Assembly (NCBI GenBank): GCA_964016885.1
Contig: OZ024756.1
Coordinates: 3,472,001-3,536,000 of the forward strand
DNA length: 64,000 nt
Source of the DNA: Eledone cirrhosa
Taxonomy: Eukaryota
Reading direction: 5' to 3'
In this document: positions 38,601 to 53,600 of the stretch, in pieces
Layout: each line of letters begins with the position of its first letter
Numbering within the stretch: position 1 is the stretch's first letter
The notes under the pieces: generated by a model
What the model was told of the DNA's origin: nothing
What the model saw: only the letters and a program-made list of their open reading frames with translations
Database searches by the model: none
Translations under genes and position numbers: made by a program

Positions 38601-41600
38601 TATATAACCATACAACAATAAGACCTCCACCCCAAGTAAGCCTACCTCACACTATATAACCATACAACAATAAGACCTGCATCCCAAGTAAGCCTACCTC
38701 ACACTATATAACCATACAACAGTAAGACCTCCACCCCAAGTAAGCCCACCACACACTATATAACCATACAACAATAAGACCTCCACCCCAAGTAAGCCTA
38801 CCTCACACTATATAACCATACAACAATAAGACCTGCATCCCAAGTAAGCCTACCTCACACTATATAACCATACAACAATAACACCTCCACCCCAAGTAAG
38901 CCCTCATTACACTATATAACCATACAACAATAAGACCTGCATCCGAAGTAAGCCTACCTCACACTATATAACCATACAACAATAAGGCCTCCATCCCAAG
39001 TAAGCCCACCTCACACTATATAACCATACAACAATAAGACCTCCACCCCAAGTAACCCACCACACACTATATAACCATACAACAATAAGACCTCCACCCC
39101 AAGTAAGCCCACCTCACACTATATAACCATACAACAATAAGACCTCCATCCCAAATAAGCCTACCTCACACTATATAACCATACAACAATAAGACCTCCA
39201 CCCCAAGTAAGCCCACCTCACACTATATAACCATACAACAATAAGACCTCCATCCCAAGTAAGCCTACCTCACACTATATAACCATACAACAATAAGACC
39301 TCCACCCCAAGTAAGCCCACCTCACACTATATAACCATACAACAATAAGACATCCATCCCAAGTAAGCCTACCTCACACTATATAACCATACAACAATAA
39401 GACCTCCACCCCAAGTAAGCCTACCTCACACTATATAACCATACAACAATAAGACCTCCACCCCAAGTAAGCCCACCACACACTATATAACCATACAACA
39501 ATAAGACCTCCATCCCAAGTAAGCCTACCTCACACTATATAACCATACAACAATAAGACCTCCACCCCAAGTAAGCCCACCTCACACTATATAACCATAC
39601 AACAATAAGACCTCCATCCCAAGTAAGCCTACCTCACACTATATAACCATACAACAATAAGACCTCCACCCCAAGTAAGCCCACCACACACTATATAACC
39701 ATACAACAATAAGACCTCCACCCCAAGTAAGCCCACCTCACACTATATAACCATACAACAATAAGACCTCCATCCCAAGTAAGCCTACCTCACACTATAT
39801 AAACATACAACAATAAGACCTCCACCCCAAGTAAGCCCACCTCACACTATATAACCATACAACAATAAGACCTCCATCCCAAGTAAGCCTACCTCACACT
39901 ATATAACCATACAACAATAAGACCTCCACCCCAAGTAAGCCCACCTCACACTATATAACCATACAACAATAAGACATCCATCCCAAGTAAGCCTACCTCA
40001 CACTATATAACCATACAACAATAAGACCTCCACCCCAAGTAAGCCTACCTCACACTATATAACCATACAACAATAAGACCTCCACCCCAAGTAAGCCCAC
40101 CTCACACTATATAACCATACAACAATAAGACCTCCATCCCAAGTAAGCCTACCTCACACTATATAACCATACAACAATAAGACCACCACCCCAAGTAAGC
40201 CCACCTCACACTATATAACCATACAACAATAACACCTCCATCCCAAGTAAGCCTACCTCACACTATATAACCATACAACAATAAGACCTCCACCCCAAGT
40301 AAGCCTACCTCACACTATATAACCATACAACAATAAGACCTCCATCCGAAGTAAGCCCACCTCACACTATATAACCATACAACAATAAGACCTCCATCCC
40401 AAGTAAGCCTACCTCACACTATATAACCATACAACAATAAGACCTCCATCCCAAGTAAGCCTACCTCACACTATATAACCATACAACAATAAGGCCTCCA
40501 CCTCAAGTAAGCCCCACCTCACATTATATAACCATAAAACAATAAAACCTCCATCCCAAGTAAGCCTACCTCACACTATATAACCATACAACAATAAGAC
40601 CTCCATCCCAAGTAAGCCCACCTCACACTATATAACCATAAAACAATAAGACCTCCATCCCAAATAAGCCTACCTCACACTATATCACCATACAACAATA
40701 AGACCTCCATCCCAAGTAATCCTACCTCACACTATATAACCATACAACAATAAGACCTCCATCCCAAGTAAGCCTACCTCACATTATATAACCATACAAC
40801 AATAAGACCTCCACCCCAAGTAACCCACCACACTCTATATAACCATACAACAATAAGACCTCCACCCCAAGTAAGCCCACCTCACACTATATAACCATAC
40901 AACAATAAGACCTCCATCCCAAATAAGCCTACCTCACACTATATAACCATACAACAATAAGACCTCCACCCCAAGTAAGCCCACCTCACACTATATAACC
41001 ATACAACAATAAGACCTCCATCCCAAGTAAGCCTACCTCACACTATATAACCATACAACAATAAGACCTCCACCCCAAGTAAGCCCACCTCACACTATAT
41101 AACCATACAACAATAAGACATCCATCCCAAGTAAGCCTACCTCACACTATATAACCATACAACAATAAGACCTCCACCCCAAGTAAGCCTACCTCACACT
41201 ATATAACCATACAACAATAAGACCTCCACCCCAAGTAAGCCCACCACACACTATATAACCATACAACAATAAGACCTCCATCCCAAGTAAGCCTACCTCA
41301 CACTATATAACCATACAACAATAAGACCTCCACCCCAAGTAAGCCCACCTCACACTATATAACCATACAACAATAAGACCTCCATCCCAAGTAAGCCTAC
41401 CTCACACTATATAACCATACAACAATAAGACCTCCACCCCAAGTAAGCCCACCACACACTATATAACCATACAACAATAAGACCTCCACCCCAAGTAAGC
41501 CCACCTCACACTATATAACCATACAACAATAAGACCTCCATCCCAAGTAAGCCTACCTCACACTATATAAACATACAACAATAAGACCTCCACCCCAAGT

Positions 41601-44600
41601 AAGCCCACCTCACACTATATAACCATACAACAATAAGACCTCCATCCCAAGTAAGCCTACCTCACACTATATAACCATACAACAATAAGACCTCCACCCC
41701 AAGTAAGCCCACCTCACACTATATAACCATACAACAATAAGACATCCATCCCAAGTAAGCCTACCTCACACTATATAACCATACAACAATAAGACCTCCA
41801 CCCCAAGTAAGCCTACCTCACACTATATAACCATACAACAATAAGACCTCCACCCCAAGTAAGCCCACCTCACACTATATAACCATACAACAATAAGACC
41901 TCCATCCCAAGTAAGCCTACCTCACACTATATAACCATACAACAATAAGACCTCCACCCCAAGTAAGCCCACCTCACACTATATAACCATACAACAATAA
42001 CACCTCCATCCCAAGTAAGCCTACCTCACACTATATAACCATACAACAATAAGACCTCCACCCCAAGTAAGCCTACCTCACACTATATAACCATACAACA
42101 ATAAGACCTCCATCCGAAGTAAGCCCACCTCACACTATATAACCATACAACAATAAGACCTCCATCCCAAGTAAGCCTACCTCACACTATATAACCATAC
42201 AACAATAAGACCTCCATCCCAAGTAAGCCTACCTCACACTATATAACCATACAACAATAAGACCTCCACCCCAAGTAAGCCCACCTCACACTATATAACC
42301 ATACAACAATAACACCTCCATCCCAAGTAAGCCCACCTCACACTATATAACCATACAACAATAAGACCTCCATCCGAAGTAAGCCCACCTCACACTATAT
42401 AACCATACAACAATAAGACCTCCATCCCAAGTAAGCCTACCTCACACTATATAACCATACAACAATAAGACCTCCACCCCAAGTAAGCCTACCTTACACT
42501 ATATAACCATACAACAATAAGACCTCCACCCCAAGTAACCCTACCTCACACTATAAAACCATACAACAATAGGACCTCCACCCCAAGTAAGCCCACCTCA
42601 CACTATACAACCATACAACAATAAGACCTCCATCCCAAGTAAGCCTACCTCACACTATATAACCATACAACAATAAGACCTCCATCCCAAGTAAGCCCAC
42701 CTCACACTATATAACCATAAAACAATAAGACCTCCATCCCAAGTAAGCCCACCTCACACTATATAACCATACAACAATAAGACCTCCACCCCAAGTAGAC
42801 TACCTCACACTATATAACCATAAATCAATAAGACCTCCATCCCAAGTAAGCCCACCTCACACTATATAACCATACAACAATAAGGCCTCCACCCCAAGTA
42901 AGCCCCACCTCACATTATATAACCATACAACAATAAGACGTCCATCCCAAGTAAGCCTACCTCACACTATATAACCATACAACAATAAGACCTCCATCCC
43001 AAGTAAGCCCACCTCACACTATATAACCATAAAACAATAAGACCTCCATCCCAAGTAGGCCTACCTCACACTATATAACCATACAACAATAAGACCTCCA
43101 TCCCAAGTAAGCCTACCTCACACTATATAACCATACAACAATAAGACCTCCACCCCAAGTAAGCCTACCTCACACTATATAACCATACAACAATAAGACC
43201 TCCACCCCAAGTAAGCCCACCACACACTATATAACCATACAACAATAAGACCTCCATCCCAAGTAAGCCCAACACACACTATATAACCATACAACAATAA
43301 GACCTCCATCCCAAGTAAGCCTACCTCACACTATATAACCATAAAACAATAAGACCTCCATCCCAAGTAAGCCCACCTCACACTATATAACCATAAAACA
43401 ATAAGACCTCCATCCCAAGTAAGCCCACCTCACACTATATAACCATACAACAATAAGACCTCCATCCCAAGTAAGCCCACTTCTCACTATATAACCATAC
43501 AACAATAACACCTCCATCCGAAGTAAGCCCACCTCACACTATATAACCATACAACAATAAGACAGCCATCCCAAGTAAGCCTACCTCACACTATATAACC
43601 ATACAACAATAAGACCACCCCAAGTAAGCCTACCTTACACTATATAACCATACAACAATAAGACCTCCATCCCAAGTAAGCCCACCTCACACTATATAAC
43701 CATAAAACAATAAGACCTCCATCCCAAGTAAGCCCACCTCACACTATATAACCATACAACAATAAGACCTCCACCCCAAGTAAGCCTACCTCACACTATA
43801 TAACCATACAACAATAAGACCTCCACCCTAAGTAAGCCTACCTCACACTATATAACCATACAACAATAAGACCTCCACCACAAGTAAGCCTACCACACAC
43901 TATATAACCATACAACAATAAGACCTCCATCCCAAGTAAGCCTACCACACACTATATAACCATACAACAATAAGACCTCCATCCCAAGTAAGCCTACCTC
44001 ACACTATATAACCATACAACAATAAGACCTCCATCCCAAGTAAGCCTACCTCACACTATATAACCATACAAAAATCAGACCTCCATCCCAAGTAAGCCTA
44101 CCTCACACTATATAACCATACAACAATAAGACCTCCACCCCAAGTAAGCCTACCTCACACTATATAACCATACAACAATAAGACCTCCACCCCAAGTAAG
44201 CCTACCTCACACTATATAACCATACAACAATAAGACCTGCATCCCAAGTAAGCCTACCTCACACTATATAACCATACAACAGTAAGACCTCCACCCCAAG
44301 TAAGCCCACCACACACTATATAACCATACAACAATAAGACCTCCACCCCAAGTAAGCCTACCTCACACTATATAACCATACAACAATAAGACCTGCATCC
44401 CAAGTAAGCCTACCTAACACTATATAACCATACAACAATAACACCTCCACCCCAAGTAAGCCCACATTACACTATATAACCATACAACAATAAGACCTGC
44501 ATCCGAAGTAAGCCTACCTCACACTATATAACCATACAACAATAAGGCCTCCATCCCAAGTAAGCCCACCTCACACTATATAACCATACAACAATAAGAC

Positions 44601-47600
44601 CTCCACCCCAAGTAACCCACCACACACTATATAACCATACAACAATAAGACCTCCACCCCAAGTAAGCCCACCTCACACTATATAACCATACAACAATAA
44701 GACCTCCATCCCAAATAAGCCTACCTCACACTATATAACCATACAACAATAAGACCTCCACCCCAAGTAAGCCCACCTCACACTATATAACCATACAACA
44801 ATAAGACCTCCATCCCAAGTAAGCCTACCTCACACTATATAACCATACAACAATAAGACCTCCACCCCAAGTAAGCCCACCTCACACTATATAACCATAC
44901 AACAATAAGACATCCATCCCAAGTAAGCCTACCTCACACTATATAACCATACAACAATAAGACCTCCACCCCAAGTAAGCCTACCTCACACTATATAACC
45001 ATACAACAATAAGACCTCCACCCCAAGTAAGCCCACCACACACTATATAACCATACAACAATAAGACCTCCATCCCAAGTAAGCCTACCTCACACTATAT
45101 AACCATACAACAATAAGACCTCCACCCCAAGTAAGCCCACCTCACACTATATAACCATACAACAATAAGACCTCCATCCCAAGTAAGCCTACCTCACACT
45201 ATATAACCATACAACAATAAGACCTCCACCCCAAGTAAGCCCACCACACACTATATAACCATACAACAATAAGACCTCCACCCCAAGTAAGCCCACCTCA
45301 CACTATATAACCATACAACAATAAGACCTCCATCCCAAGTAAGCCTACCTCACACTATATAAACATACAACAATAAGACCTCCACCCCAAGTAAGCCCAC
45401 CTCACACTATATAACCATACAACAATAAGACCTCCATCCCAAGTAAGCCTACCTCACACTATATAACCATACAACAATAAGACCTCCACCCCAAGTAAGC
45501 CCACCTCACACTATATAACCATACAACAATAAGACATCCATCCCAAGTAAGCCTACCTCACACTATATAACCATACAACAATAAGACCTCCACCCCAAGT
45601 AAGCCTACCTCACACTATATAACCATACAACAATAAGACCTCCACCCCAAGTAAGCCCACCTCACACTATATAACCATACAACAATAAGACCTCCATCCC
45701 AAGTAAGCCTACCTCACACTATATAACCATACAACAATAAGACCACCACCCCAAGTAAGCCCACCTCACACTATATAACCATACAACAATAACACCTCCA
45801 TCCCAAGTAAGCCTACCTCACACTATATAACCATACAACAATAAGACCTCCACCCCAAGTAAGCCTACCTCACACTATATAACCATACAACAATAAGACC
45901 TCCATCCGAAGTAAGCCCACCTCACACTATATAACCATACAACAATAAGACCTCCATCCCAAGTAAGCCTACCTCACACTATATAACCATACAACAATAA
46001 GACCTCCATCCCAAGTAAGCCTACCTCACACTATATAACCATACAACAATAAGGCCTCCACCTCAAGTAAGCCCCACCTCACATTATATAACCATAAAAC
46101 AATAAAACCTCCATCCCAAGTAAGCCTACCTCACACTATATAACCATACAACAATAAGACCTCCATCCCAAGTAAGCCCACCTCACACTATATAACCATA
46201 AAACAAAAAGACCTCCATCCCAAATAAGCCTACCTCACACTATATCACCATACAACAATAAGACCTCCATCCCAAGTAATCCTACCTCACACTATATAAC
46301 CATACAACAATAAGACCTCCATCCCAAGTAAGCCTACCTCACATTATATAACCATACAACAATAAGACCTCCACCCCAAGTAACCCACCACACTCTATAT
46401 AACCATACAACAATAAGACCTCCACCCCAAGTAAGCCCACCTCACACTATATAACCATACAACAATAAGACCTCCATCCCAAATAAGCCTACCTCACACT
46501 ATATAACCATACAACAATAAGACCTCCACCCCAAGTAAGCCCACCTCACACTATATAACCATACAACAATAAGACCTCCATCCCAAGTAAGCCTACCTCA
46601 CACTATATAACCATACAACAATAAGACCTCCACCCCAAGTAAGCCCACCTCACACTATATAACCATACAACAATAAGACATCCATCCCAAGTAAGCCTAC
46701 CTCACACTATATAACCATACAACAATAAGACCTCCACCCCAAGTAAGCCTACCTCACACTATATAACCATACAACAATAAGACCTCCACCCCAAGTAAGC
46801 CCACCACACACTATATAACCATACAACAATAAGACCTCCATCCCAAGTAAGCCTACCTCACACTATATAACCATACAACAATAAGACCTCCACCCCAAGT
46901 AAGCCCACCTCACACTATATAACCATACAACAATAAGACCTCCATCCCAAGTAAGCCTACCTCACACTATATAACCATACAACAATAAGACCTCCACCCC
47001 AAGTAAGCCCACCACACACTATATAACCATACAACAATAAGACCTCCACCCCAAGTAAGCCCACCTCACACTATATAACCATACAACAATAAGACCTCCA
47101 TCCCAAGTAAGCCTACCTCACACTATATAAACATACAACAATAAGACCTCCACCCCAAGTAAGCCCACCTCACACTATATAACCATACAACAATAAGACC
47201 TCCATCCCAAGTAAGCCTACCTCACACTATATAACCATACAACAATAAGACCTCCACCCCAAGTAAGCCCACCTCACACTATATAACCATACAACAATAA
47301 GACATCCATCCCAAGTAAGCCTACCTCACACTATATAACCATACAACAATAAGACCTCCACCCCAAGTAAGCCTACCTCACACTATATAACCATACAACA
47401 ATAAGACCTCCACCCCAAGTAAGCCCACCTCACACTATATAACCATACAACAATAAGACCTCCATCCCAAGTAAGCCTACCTCACACTATATAACCATAC
47501 AACAATAAGACCTCCACCCCAAGTAAGCCCACCTCACACTATATAACCATACAACAATAACACCTCCATCCCAAGTAAGCCTACCTCACACTATATAACC

Positions 47601-50600
47601 ATACAACAATAAGACCTCCACCCCAAGTAAGCCTACCTCACACTATATAACCATACAACAATAAGACCTCCATCCGAAGTAAGCCCACCTCACACTATAT
47701 AACCATACAACAATAAGACCTCCATCCCAAGTAAGCCTACCTCACACTATATAACCATACAACAATAAGACCTCCATCCCAAGTAAGCCTACCTCACACT
47801 ATATAACCATACAACAATAAGACCTCCACCCCAAGTAAGCCCACCTCACACTATATAACCATACAACAATAAGACATCCATCCCAAGTAAGCCTACCTCA
47901 CACTATATAACCATACAACAATAAGACCTCCACCCCAAGTAAGCCTACCTCACACTATATAACCATACAACAATAAGACCTCCACCCCAAGTAAGCCCAC
48001 CTCACACTATATAACCATACAACAATAAGACCTCCATCCCAAGTAAGCCTACCTCACACTATATAACCATACAACAATAAGACCTCCATCCCAAGTAAGC
48101 CCACCTCACACTATATAACCATACAACAATAAGGCCTCCACCCCAAGTAAGCCCCACCTCACATTATATAACCATACAACAATAAGACGTCCATCCCAAG
48201 TAAGCCTACCTCACACTATATAACCATACAACAATAAGACCTCCATCCCAAGTAAGCCCACCTCACACTATATAACCATAAAACAATAAGACCTCCATCC
48301 CAAGTAGGCCTACCTCACACTATATAACCATACAACAATAAGACCTCCATCCCAAGTAAGCCTACCTCACACTATATAACCATACAACAATAAGACCTCC
48401 ACCCCAAGTAAGCCTACCTCACACTATATAACCATACAACAATAAGACCTCCACCCCAAGTAAGCCCACCACACACTATATAACCATACAACAATAAGAC
48501 CTCCATCCCAAGTAAGCCCACCACACACTATATAACCATACAACAATAAGACCTCCATCCCAAGTAAGCCTACCTCACACTATATAACCATAAAACAATA
48601 AGACCTCCATCCCAAGTAAGCCCACCTCACACTATATAACCATAAAACAATAAGACCTCCATCCCAAGTAAGCCCACCTCACACTATATAACCATACAAC
48701 AATAAGACCTCCATCCCAAGTAAGCCCACTTCTCACTATATAACCATACAACAATAACACCTCCATCCGAAGTAAGCCCACCTCACACTATATAACCATA
48801 CAACAATAAGACCTCCACCCCAAGTAAGCCCACCTCACACTATATAACCATACAACAATAAGACCTCCATCCCAAGTAAGCCTACCTCACACTATATAAC
48901 CATACAACAATAAGACCACCACCCCAAGTAAGCCCACCTCACACTATATAACCATACAACAATAACACCTCCATCCCAAGTAAGCCTACCTCACACTATA
49001 TAACCATACAACAATAAGACCTCCACCCCAAGTAAGCCTACCTCACACTATATAACCATACAACAATAAGACCTCCATCCGAAGTAAGCCCACCTCACAC
49101 TATATAACCATACAACAATAAGACCTCCATCCCAAGTAAGCTTACCTCACACTATATAACCATACAACAATAAGACCTCCATCCCAAGTAAGCCTACCTC
49201 ACACTATATAACCATACAACAATAAGGCCTCCACCTCAAGTAAGCCCCACCTCACATTATATAACCATAAAACAATAAAACCTCCATCCCAAGTAAGCCT
49301 ACCTCACACTATATAACCATACAACAATAAGACCTCCATCCCAAGTAAGCCCACCTCACACTATATAACCATAAAACAATAAGACCTCCATCCCAAATAA
49401 GCCTACCTCACACTATATCACCATACAACAATAAGACCTCCATCCCAAGTAATCCTACCTCACACTATATAACCATACAACAATAAGACCTCCATCCCAA
49501 GTAAGCCTACCTCACATTATATAACCATACAACAATAAGACCTCCACCCCAAGTAACCCACCACACTCTATATAACCATACAACAATAAGACCTCCACCC
49601 CAAGTAAGCCCACCTCACACTATATAACCATACAACAATAAGACCTCCATCCCAAATAAGCCTACCTCACACTATATAACCATACAACAATAAGACCTCC
49701 ACCCCAAGTAAGCCCACCTCACACTATATAACCATACAACAATAAGACCTCCATCCCAAGTAAGCCTACCTCACACTATATAACCATACAACAATAAGAC
49801 CTCCACCCCAAGTAAGCCCACCTCACACTATATAACCATACAACAATAAGACATCCATCCCAAGTAAGCCTACCTCACACTATATAACCATACAACAATA
49901 AGACCTCCACCCCAAGTAAGCCTACCTCACACTATATAACCATACAACAATAAGACCTCCACCCCAAGTAAGCCCACCACACACTATATAACCATACAAC
50001 AATAAGACCTCCATCCCAAGTAAGCCTACCTCACACTATATAACCATACAACAATAAGACCTCCACCCCAAGTAAGCCCACCTCACACTATATAACCATA
50101 CAACAATAAGACCTCCATCCCAAGTAAGCCTACCTCACACTATATAACCATACAACAATAAGACCTCCACCCCAAGTAAGCCCACCACACACTATATAAC
50201 CATACAACAATAAGACCTCCACCCCAAGTAAGCCCACCTCACACTATATAACCATACAACAATAAGACCTCCATCCCAAGTAAGCCTACCTCACACTATA
50301 TAAACATACAACAATAAGACCTCCACCCCAAGTAAGCCCACCTCACACTATATAACCATACAACAATAAGACCTCCATCCCAAGTAAGCCTACCTCACAC
50401 TATATAACCATACAACAATAAGACCTCCACCCCAAGTAAGCCCACCTCACACTATATAACCATACAACAATAAGACATCCATCCCAAGTAAGCCTACCTC
50501 ACACTATATAACCATACAACAATAAGACCTCCACCCCAAGTAAGCCTACCTCACACTATATAACCATACAACAATAAGACCTCCACCCCAAGTAAGCCCA

Positions 50601-53600
50601 CCTCACACTATATAACCATACAACAATAAGACCTCCATCCCAAGTAAGCCTACCTCACACTATATAACCATACAACAATAAGACCTCCACCCCAAGTAAG
50701 CCCACCTCACACTATATAACCATACAACAATAACACCTCCATCCCAAGTAAGCCTACCTCACACTATATAACCATACAACAATAAGACCTCCACCCCAAG
50801 TAAGCCTACCTCACACTATATAACCATACAACAATAAGACCTCCATCCGAAGTAAGCCCACCTCACACTATATAACCATACAACAATAAGACCTCCATCC
50901 CAAGTAAGCCTACCTCACACTATATAACCATACAACAATAAGACCTCCATCCCAAGTAAGCCTACCTCACACTATATAACCATACAACAATAAGACCTCC
51001 ACCCCAAGTAAGCCCACCTCACACTATATAACCATACAACAATAAGACATCCATCCCAAGTAAGCCTACCTCACACTATATAACCATACAACAATAAGAC
51101 CTCCACCCCAAGTAAGCCTACCTCACACTATATAACCATACAACAATAAGACCTCCACCCCAAGTAAGCCCACCTCACACTATATAACCATACAACAATA
51201 AGACCTCCATCCCAAGTAAGCCTACCTCACACTATATAACCATACAACAATAAGACCTCCATCCCAAGTAAGCCCACCTCACACTATATAACCATACAAC
51301 AATAAGGCCTCCACCCCAAGTAAGCCCCACCTCACATTATATAACCATACAACAATAAGACGTCCATCCCAAGTAAGCCTACCTCACACTATATAACCAT
51401 ACAACAATAAGACCTCCATCCCAAGTAAGCCCACCTCACACTATATAACCATAAAACAATAAGACCTCCATCCCAAGTAGGCCTACCTCACACTATATAA
51501 CCATACAACAATAAGACCTCCATCCCAAGTAAGCCTACCTCACACTATATAACCATACAACAATAAGACCTCCACCCCAAGTAAGCCTACCTCACACTAT
51601 ATAACCATACAACAATAAGACCTCCACCCCAAGTAAGCCCACCACACACTATATAACCATACAACAATAAGACCTCCATCCCAAGTAAGCCCACCACACA
51701 CTATATAACCATACAACAATAAGACCTCCATCCCAAGTAAGCCTACCTCACACTATATAACCATAAAACAATAAGACCTCCATCCCAAGTAAGCCCACCT
51801 CACACTATATAACCATAAAACAATAAGACCTCCATCCCAAGTAAGCCCACCTCACACTATATAACCATACAACAATAAGACCTCCATCCCAAGTAAGCCC
51901 ACTTCTCACTATATAACCATACAACAATAACACCTCCATCCGAAGTAAGCCCACCTCACACTATATAACCATACAACAATAAGACAGCCATCCCAAGTAA
52001 GCCTACCTCACACTATATAACCATACAACAATAAGACCACCCCAAGTAAGCCTACCTTACACTATATAACCATACAACAATAAGACCTCCATCCCAAGTA
52101 AGCCCACCTCACACTATATAACCATAAAACAATAAGACCTCCATCCCAAGTAAGCCCACCTCACACTATATAACCATACAACAATAAGACCTCCACCCCA
52201 AGTAAGCCTACCTCACACTATATAACCATACAACAATAAGACCTCCACCACAAGTAAGCCTACCACACACTATATAACCATACAACAATAAGACCTCCAT
52301 CCCAAGTAAGCCTACCACACACTATATAACCATACAACAATAAGACCTCCATCCCAAGTAAGCCTACCTCACACTATATAACCATACAACAATAAGACCT
52401 CCATCCCAAGTAAGCCTACCTCACACTATATAACCATACAAAAATCAGACCTCCATCCCAAGTAAGCCTACCTCACACTATATAACCATACAACAATAAG
52501 ACCTCCACCCCAAGTAAGCCTACCTCACACTATATAACCATACAACAATAAGACCTCCACCCCAAGTAAGCCTACCTCACACTATATAACCATACAACAA
52601 TAAGACCTGCATCCCAAGTAAGCCTACCTCACACTATATAACCATACAACAGTAAGACCTCCACCCCAAGTAAGCCCACCACACACTATATAACCATACA
52701 ACAATAAGACCTCCACCCCAAGTAAGCCTACCTCACACTATATAACCATACAACAATAAGACCTGCATCCCAAGTAAGCCTACCTCACACTATATAACCA
52801 TACAACAATAACACCTCCACCCCAAGTAAGCCCACATTACACTATATAACCATACAACAATAAGACCTGCATCCGAAGTAAGCCTACCTCACACTATATA
52901 ACCATACAACAATAAGGCCTCCATCCCAAGTAAGCCCACCTCACACTATATAACCATACAACAATAAGACCTCCTCCCCAAGTAAGCTCACCTCACACTA
53001 TATAACCATACAACAATAAGGCCTCCATCCCAAGTATGCCCACCACACACTATATAACCATACAACAATAAGGCCTCCATCCCAAGTAAGCCCACCTCAC
53101 ACTATATAACCATACAACAATAAGACCTCCACCCCAAGTAAGCACACCTCACACTATATAACCATACAACAATAAGGCCTCCATCCCAAGTAAGCCCACC
53201 TCACACTATATAATCATACAACAATAAGACCTCCATCCCAAGTAAGCCTACCTCACACTATATAACCATACAACAATAAGTCCTCCATCCCAAGTAAGCC
53301 CACATTACACTATATAACCATAAAACAATAAGACCTCCACCCCAAGTAAGCCCACCTCACACTATATAACCATAAAACAATAAGACTTCCATCCCAAGTA
53401 AGCCCACCTCACACTATATAACCATACAACAATAAGACCTCCATCCCAAGTAAGCCCACTTCTCACTATATAACCATACAACAATAACACCTCCATCCGA
53501 AGTAAGCCCACCTCATACTATATAACCATACAACAATAAGACAGCCATCCCAAGTAAGCCTACCTCACACTATATAACCATACAACAATAAGACCACCCC

